DNA of 64,000 nucleotides from Thermoanaerobaculia bacterium (GTDB lineage Bacteria; Acidobacteriota; Thermoanaerobaculia; UBA5066): NCBI GenBank assembly GCA_046331465.1, contig JAXLQV010000003.1, positions 1,472,420 to 1,536,419 of the forward strand, read 5' to 3'. Shown piece by piece: positions 58,820 to 64,000 of this stretch (position 1 is its first letter; each line of letters starts with the position of its first letter). The notes under the pieces were generated by a model. It saw only the letters and a program-made list of their open reading frames with translations, ran no database searches and was not told where the DNA came from. The position numbers and the translations under genes were made by a program.

Positions 58820-60151
58820 TCAGTCGGCGGCCCGCGCCCAGCGGATGATCTCGGGGAGCGTCGGCTTCTTGCCGTACATCAGGATCCCGACCCGGTAGAC
58901 CCGCCCGGCGAACCAGGCGACGGCCCAGATCGTGAGCAGCAGGATGGCGATCGAGAGGCCGATCTCCCACGCCGGCGGCGGCTGCACCGAGATCCGCATG
59001 AACATCAGGAGCGGGGCCGTGAAGGGGAAGAGCGAGAGGACCCGCGCGAGCGTCCCGTCGGGAGTGTTGAAGGCGAAGAACCACATCGTCGACGCCAGGA
59101 TGAGCATCATCCCGGGGATCATCACGAGCTGCTGCGCCTCCTGCTCCGTGTTGAACGGCGCGGCGAGCGCGGCGTAGAGGCCCGCGTAGAGGAAGTAGCC
59201 GAGGAGGAAGAAGACGACGAACGCGAGGATCGTCGCCCCCGGGATGCTCGGCAGCCCGCCGCCCGCGAGCCCCATCATCCCGACGATGCCGGGGAGCGTC
59301 AGGGCGAAGGCGAAGAGCGCCCAGACGGCGTACTGCGTCAGCCCGACGAGGCCGATGCCGATGATCTTCCCGAGCATCAGCTCGGTCGGCCTCACCGACG
59401 AGATGATCACCTCGACGATCCGGTTGTTCTTCTCCTCCAGGACGCCGCGCATGATGAAGGCGCCGTAGATGAAGATCGACATGTAGATCAGGAAGAAGAG
59501 GACGCCCGAGACCGCGAGGTTCGTCCCGACGTTCTTGGCCTCCTCCGAGGTCTCCTTCTCCGACGCCTCGCGCGGGTCGAGGCTCACCGTGAGCCGGGCC
59601 TTCTCGTAGACGGCCGGGTCGACCCCCTGGTCCTTCAGCCGCTCCTTCGTCCCGGCGCGGCCGAGCGCCCGCTCGACCGACTCGCGGAGGATCATGTCGG
59701 CCTTCACGGAGCGGGCCCGCCACTCGACCTTTCCGGTCGACAGTCCGTCCGCCGGGATGACGATGTAGGCCTTGATCTCCTTCTTCTGGACCTTCTCGTT
59801 CAGCTCCTTCCGGACGGAGGGGAGCGACTCCGGCGTCGCCTCGACCTTGAAGAAGGTGATCTTCGTCGTGGTGCGCCGGGACTTCTCCGGCGCCTTCTCG
59901 CCCGTCTCCTTCTCCTTCTCGTCGGCGGCCGAGACCGCCTTCTGCTCGAGGAGGAGGGGCTCGTAGAGCCGGCCCGTCTGGTCGACGACGCCGATCTTCC
60001 CCTCGGGGATCAGCGTCGAGGCGAGGATGACCTGGAGGTAGACGAAGACGAGGCCGAGCGACGGGATGAGGATCGTCCCGATCCAGAACCCCTTCGTCTT
60101 GATCTGCTGGAGGTACTCGCGGCGGACGACGTGGAAGAGCTTCTTTCTCAT
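58820..60151 (-). CDS. ABC-2 type transporter permease
   Basis: N-terminal TM, large extracytoplasmic loop, 5 C-terminal TM helices typical of ABC-2 exporters. Confidence 0.75.
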   Translation of the reverse strand: MRKKLFHVVRREYLQQIKTKGFWIGTILIPSLGLVFVYLQVILASTLIPEGKIGVVDQTGRLYEPLLLEQKAVSAADEKEKETGEKAPEKSRRTTTKITFFKVEATPESLPSVRKELNEKVQKKEIKAYIVIPADGLSTGKVEWRARSVKADMILRESVERALGRAGTKERLKDQGVDPAVYEKARLTVSLDPREASEKETSEEAKNVGTNLAVSGVLFFLIYMSIFIYGAFIMRGVLEEKNNRIVEVIISSVRPTELMLGKIIGIGLVGLTQYAVWALFAFALTLPGIVGMMGLAGGGLPSIPGATILAFVVFFLLGYFLYAGLYAALAAPFNTEQEAQQLVMIPGMMLILASTMWFFAFNTPDGTLARVLSLFPFTAPLLMFMRISVQPPPAWEIGLSIAILLLTIWAVAWFAGRVYRVGILMYGKKPTLPEIIRWARAAD

Positions 60152-60160
60152 CGCCGTCTC

Positions 60161-60946
60161 CTACCGAAGCTCTTCCGAGGTGGGCGCGGCGAGCCCCGAC
60201 TCCTCGACGGCCTTGATGAAGATCTTCTCGAGCTCCGGCTCCGGCTCGACGGGGGGCGGGAGCGGGACCCGGTCGCGGTAGGCCGCCTTGACCTCCTTCA
60301 CCGTCCCGTCGAGGAGCTTCTTCCCGCGGTAGATGAGGGCGATCCGGTCGCAGAGCTTCTCGGCCTGCTCCATGACGTGCGTGGAGAAGACGATCGTCTT
60401 CCCCTGGCGCTTGAACTCGACGAGGAAGTCCTTCAGAAGGACGACGTTGATCGGGTCGAGCCCGGAGAACGGCTCGTCCAGGATGAGGACCTCCGGGTCG
60501 TGGACGATCGTCCCGAGGAACTGGACCTTCTGCTGCATCCCCTTCGAGAGCTCCTCGGTCTTCTTCTGGAGCCAGGGGCGGAGGTCCATGACGTCGATCC
60601 ACCGCTCGAGGCGCTCGAGCGCGAGCTTCTTCTCCACGCTCTTGATCGCCGCGAAGAAGAGGATCTGGTCGAGGACGGTCATCTTCCGGTAGAGCCCGCG
60701 CTCCTCCGGGAGGTAGCCGATCCGCTCCTGCATCTCCTCGGAGAGGGGCTTGCCGAGGACCTGGATCGCCCCCTCGTCCGCCTTCGTGATGTTCATCGTC
60801 ATCCGGATCGTCGTCGTCTTCCCCGCCCCGTTCGGCCCGAGGAGGCCGAAGGTGACCCCCTGCGGGACCTCGAGGTCCAGACGGTCGACGGCGGTGTACT
60901 TCCCGAAGCGCTTGGTCACGCCCGAGAGCGAGATCGCGGCGGTCAT
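60161..60946 (-). CDS. ABC transporter ATP-binding protein
   Basis: Walker A GPNGAGKTT, signature LSKGMQQK, Walker B LILDEP. Confidence 0.9.
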   Translation of the reverse strand: MTAAISLSGVTKRFGKYTAVDRLDLEVPQGVTFGLLGPNGAGKTTTIRMTMNITKADEGAIQVLGKPLSEEMQERIGYLPEERGLYRKMTVLDQILFFAAIKSVEKKLALERLERWIDVMDLRPWLQKKTEELSKGMQQKVQFLGTIVHDPEVLILDEPFSGLDPINVVLLKDFLVEFKRQGKTIVFSTHVMEQAEKLCDRIALIYRGKKLLDGTVKEVKAAYRDRVPLPPPVEPEPELEKIFIKAVEESGLAAPTSEELR

Positions 60947-61037
60947 GCTGAGCTCCCCTTCCTGAGCATCTTGGTACGTTTCTGCGACCGGCGAGTTTAC
61001 GGGTCGCCGCGCGAGGCCGCCCGGCCCGCGGCGGCGC

Positions 61038-61066
61038 TTGACAGCGGGGGGGCGGCGTCGTATCTT
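61038..61066 (+). promoter_or_regulatory. Sigma70 consensus-like promoter TTGACA-N17-TATCTT for tRNA-Arg
   Basis: Perfect -35, 17-nt spacer, -10 ending ~13 nt before tRNA 5' end. Confidence 0.55.
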
Positions 61067-61079
61067 CTACGGCCCGCGT

Positions 61080-61157
61080 GCGCCCATAGCTCAACTGGAT
61101 CAGAGCGTTTGACTACGGATCAAAAGGTTGGGGGTTCGAGTCCTCCTGGGCGCACCA
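61080..61157 (+). tRNA. tRNA-Arg (anticodon ACG)
   Basis: GCGCCCA/TGGGCGC acceptor, anticodon loop CTACGGA, T-arm GGGGG-TTCGAGT-CCTCC, CCA encoded. Confidence 0.85.
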
Positions 61158-61322
61158 CTCAATCCCACTGACAGGGAAGGACTTACGGGCGCGGAGCGAT
61201 CGGCTCCCGCGCCTGGAGAGCCCGCGCGGTGCTGGTAGCGGTGCTAGTAGCACACTCCCGCCACCGCTGAGTTCGACGGACTCCCCAGCACCAACCCCCT
61301 CCCGCAGCACGCTCGTCGCCGT

Positions 61323-62609
61323 GTGGCGATCGTCACAACGAAGGCGCGGCAGATCGGCTGGGGGTGCGTGGTGAGTCCCTCGCTGCCGGGCTTCTCGTAC
61401 GACACGAGAACGAAGACGGCGCGATTCATCGTCTACGTCCCGGGCGCGAAGGGTCGCGCTCGCCGCAAGCGGACCGTCCAGGCGGCATCCCGCGCGGACG
61501 CCCTCCACCTCTGGGCCTCCTTCCGTGACGAGGTCACAGGCGGGCTCGTCGCCCCGGGCGAGACGAAGACGCTCCGGGCGTTCTTCGACGCCTCGTTCGA
61601 CCTCGTCGCCGCCCGCATCGCGCCCTCGACTGCGGGGAATTATCGGAGCCTCGCCGTACGCCACCTCCTGCCCGCGCTCGGGAGCACGCCGCTCGACCGG
61701 ATCACGACCGCTCTCGTCCACGACCTCGCAGCCTCCATGCGCCGAGGCGGCTTCGCCCCCGCCACCGTGAACGCAGCGCTACGAACGCTCAAGGTCCTCC
61801 TCCACCAGGCGGTCGAGCGCGGGGAGGTGGAGACCTACCCCCTCCGGCGTCGCATCGTCATGGAGCCGGTCGAGCCGCTCACCCTCGAGCTCTCGGACGC
61901 GGAGCGTGAGCGCTTCCTCGCGGCCTTCGACGATGAGGCGGCGTTTCGCGCCCACCTCGGCCGGACCCGCCACCGCGGCAACGTCGTCTCGAGCCCCCAC
62001 TTCGGCGGTGCGCCACGCTCCTTCGGCGGGGGCGTCCGCCCGGACGGCGAGGCCGCCGCCGAGCTGTTCCGGCGCTTCCAGCGGCTCAAGCCAATCCTCG
62101 TCATTGCGCTCGAGACGGGACTTCGCCAAGGCGACCTCATCGCGCTGCGCTGGACGGCGGTCGACCCCGCAGCCGGGATGCTGCGGGTTGCGGTCGCGAA
62201 GACGCGGCGGACGGCAGTCATCCCGCTCTCCGCCGCCTGCCGCGCTGCCCTCGACGAGCTGCGAATGCGGCCTGTCGTCTCCGAAGCGGTGTTCGCCGAC
62301 GAGACCGGACGACCTGTGGGTCTCGGGCGCGTCCTTCGAGCCTTCAAGACGGCGAAGGCGATGGCGGGTATCCGGCGGCGTTTCCGGTTCCACGACCTGC
62401 GCCATACCTTCGCCTGCCGCCTCGCCAGTAGCGGGGTCCCAATCCAGCTCATCGCCCGGGCGCTCGCCCACACCTCGATCCGAACCTGCGAGCGCTACGC
62501 CCGACCGTCCGAGGAAGCCCTCCGGGTGGTCCGCGACGCCCTCGATCGCGACGCCGTCGGGGCGGGTGGGATGCAGAGGCTGGGTGCAAAGTCGACTTCG
62601 CAGGGATAA
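61323..62609 (+). CDS. int: Tyrosine-type site-specific integrase (phage integrase family)
   Basis: C-terminal catalytic residues in ALETGLRQGDL...FHDLRHTFA...RTCERY (R-H-R-Y); located 165 nt 3' of tRNA-Arg. Confidence 0.85.
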   Translation: MAIVTTKARQIGWGCVVSPSLPGFSYDTRTKTARFIVYVPGAKGRARRKRTVQAASRADALHLWASFRDEVTGGLVAPGETKTLRAFFDASFDLVAARIAPSTAGNYRSLAVRHLLPALGSTPLDRITTALVHDLAASMRRGGFAPATVNAALRTLKVLLHQAVERGEVETYPLRRRIVMEPVEPLTLELSDAERERFLAAFDDEAAFRAHLGRTRHRGNVVSSPHFGGAPRSFGGGVRPDGEAAAELFRRFQRLKPILVIALETGLRQGDLIALRWTAVDPAAGMLRVAVAKTRRTAVIPLSAACRAALDELRMRPVVSEAVFADETGRPVGLGRVLRAFKTAKAMAGIRRRFRFHDLRHTFACRLASSGVPIQLIARALAHTSIRTCERYARPSEEALRVVRDALDRDAVGAGGMQRLGAKSTSQG

Positions 62610-62726
62610 CGAAGCTAACCCATGACGAGAGAGCATCATGCGATTTCGCCGAAAGAGGCGATAAGGGCTGCGACGAAGGAAGAATGCGAGGAGTGACGAG
62701 GACAGACGGCACGTGCTCCTACCTAG

Positions 62727-63915
62727 GGAACCTCTGAACTATCGAGCACCGGCGCGCGAATTGGCGCGCGCCGGTGCTCTTCGCTGCGTGGAGGGTATCT
62801 CCACGCTCTCCGACTGCCCGTTCATCCTCGCACCGCGCCCCTCCGGGCACGGTGCCCCCTCGGGTCACGTCGCGAGGAGCTTCCGCCGAACGAGGTAAAG
62901 GTTCACGAGGGCGAAGGCGGTGAAGAGCCGCTGCGTGTTCTTGAAGAGGCCGCGGTAGCGCACGCGCTCCTGGCGGAACTGGCGCTTCAGTACCCGGAAG
63001 GGGTGCTCGACCTTCGCGCGGAGGGCGGACCACTTCCGGTTCCGCTTCCGCTGGGAGGCGGTGAGCGGCCGACGGTGCGCGCGGTCGGTCACGGCGTAGA
63101 GGACGCCCTGGGCGCGGGCAGCGCGCTTGTCCGCCTGGCTCCCGTAGGCGCTGTCGCCGCAGAGGGCGCGCTCGTCCCCGTGGAGGAGCGCGGGGAGCAC
63201 CGTCTTATCGTGGACGTTCGCGGGGGTGGTGACGAGCGTGTGGATGAGGCCGCTCTGGGCATCGGCGCCGACGTGCGCCTTCATGCCGAAGAACCACTGG
63301 TTGCCCTTCTTCGTCTGGTGCATCTCCGGGTCGCGCTGGCCCGCATGGTTCTTCGTGCTCGGCGGCGCGTGGAGGATCGTCGCGTCGACGATGGAGCCAG
63401 ACCGCAGGAGGAGGCCCCGCTTCGTGAGGCGCTCCACGACGCGGGCGAAGAAGCGCTCCGCGAGGCGGTGCTTCTCCAGGAGGTGGCGGAAGTGGAGGAC
63501 CGTCGACTCGTCCGGGACGCGGTCGACGAGGAGGTCGATGCCGCAGAAGCGCTGGAACGACGCACGGTCGTAGAGTGCCTCCTCGACCCCCGGGTCGGAG
63601 AGGTCGTAGAACTGCTGGAGGAAGTGGATCTTCAGGAGGAGCAGGAGCTCCGTCTTCTTCCGTCCGCGCTCTTTCTCCTCGTAGAAGGGCGCCACCTCCC
63701 GGAGGAACTCGTGCCAGGGGATGACAGCGTCCATCTCGTCGAGGAACTTCTGGCACTTCAGCGCCTTCGTCTGGGCGAGGGCGAGGAAGCTCTGCTGGGG
63801 AGAGGGCATGGGGGCGCGGGGGAGGAATTCCCTCGCATTCTCCCTGGAACGGACGCGTCAGGCACGCGAGTTCTCCACAAGATGGCGCACGATTATCAGA
63901 GGTTCCCTAGCCGAA
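62727..63915. mobile_element. IS5-family insertion sequence (~1.19 kb) with 11-15 bp terminal IRs GGAACCTCTGA and flanking CTAG
   Basis: IR-L at ~62727-62737, IR-R at ~63905-63915 (reverse complement), CTAG on both flanks; contains single DDE transposase. Confidence 0.7.
62865..63809 (-). CDS. IS5-family DDE transposase
   Basis: DDE_Tnp_1-type sequence (HTLVTTPANVHD...CGDSAYGS...) within IR-bounded element. Confidence 0.8.
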   Translation of the reverse strand: MPSPQQSFLALAQTKALKCQKFLDEMDAVIPWHEFLREVAPFYEEKERGRKKTELLLLLKIHFLQQFYDLSDPGVEEALYDRASFQRFCGIDLLVDRVPDESTVLHFRHLLEKHRLAERFFARVVERLTKRGLLLRSGSIVDATILHAPPSTKNHAGQRDPEMHQTKKGNQWFFGMKAHVGADAQSGLIHTLVTTPANVHDKTVLPALLHGDERALCGDSAYGSQADKRAARAQGVLYAVTDRAHRRPLTASQRKRNRKWSALRAKVEHPFRVLKRQFRQERVRYRGLFKNTQRLFTAFALVNLYLVRRKLLAT

Positions 63916-64000
63916 AGTGACCCTGATGGGCCGACGCTCTGCAAATATGTCTATTGCTGCGTTACTGTCATCGGCGTACGCTAATGCAGGTTACGAGATA

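Noticed and set aside
1-64000. CRISPR arrays or rRNA genes
   Set aside because: No regularly spaced short direct repeats and no rRNA-like conserved segments were seen anywhere in the window.

Overview
This window is a ~70% GC bacterial chromosomal segment. Gene content loosely resembles Myxococcota or Acidobacteriota, but I cannot confirm that from sequence alone. Every identification below comes from reading motifs in the provided translations by eye; no searches were run. Coordinates I derived by hand could be off by a base or so.

From start to end the window contains:
- a partial glucose-6-phosphate isomerase (pgi) diverging from a ROK-family sugar kinase;
- a RicT/PSP1-domain protein, an Hfq-like protein with a long Pro-rich N-terminal extension, and an M20 peptidase with a Lys-rich tail;
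- ~820 bp with no convincing ORF, then RNase D;
- a division/cell-wall (dcw) cluster that runs mraZ-rsmH-ftsL-ftsI-murE-murD-ftsW-murC-ftsQ-ftsA-ftsZ and lacks murF, mraY, murG, murB and ddl. The genes are joined by NTGA stop/start overlaps, and four GTGG[G/T] repeats that look like an MraZ operator sit at the promoter;
- a minus-strand operon SemiSWEET / RluA / DnaQ-like exonuclease / PGPGW membrane protein;
- an Hsp70-like protein followed by a LiaF-like / LytS-type kinase / LytTR regulator module;
- a glycine-rich secreted protein whose C-terminus resembles an IPTL/PEP-CTERM sorting signal;
- a Che7-like chemosensory operon (cheY-cheA-cheW-mcp-HEAT/PBS-lyase-cheR-cheB) extended by a GAF protein and a DUF4388 protein;
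- a HAMP-PP2C phosphatase operon, cardiolipin synthase, and an accessory-looking block: single-domain response regulator + DUF333-secretin fusion, a sulfatase-family protein, two overlapping secreted unknowns, a LuxR-type two-component system, and an OprD-like porin;
- tRNA-Glu(CUC) with a 39-nt duplicated 3' half 106 bp downstream, an ABC-2 exporter, and tRNA-Arg(ACG) followed by a tyrosine integrase and an IS5-family element leading into low-GC DNA at the window edge.

The best candidate for something new is a 41-nt bipartite motif, identical in spacing, upstream of both the response-regulator/DUF333-secretin operon and the secreted-unknowns operon. It suggests a co-regulated envelope/secretion module.

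Many long ORFs in the six-frame track are off-frame artefacts of the GC-rich sequence.
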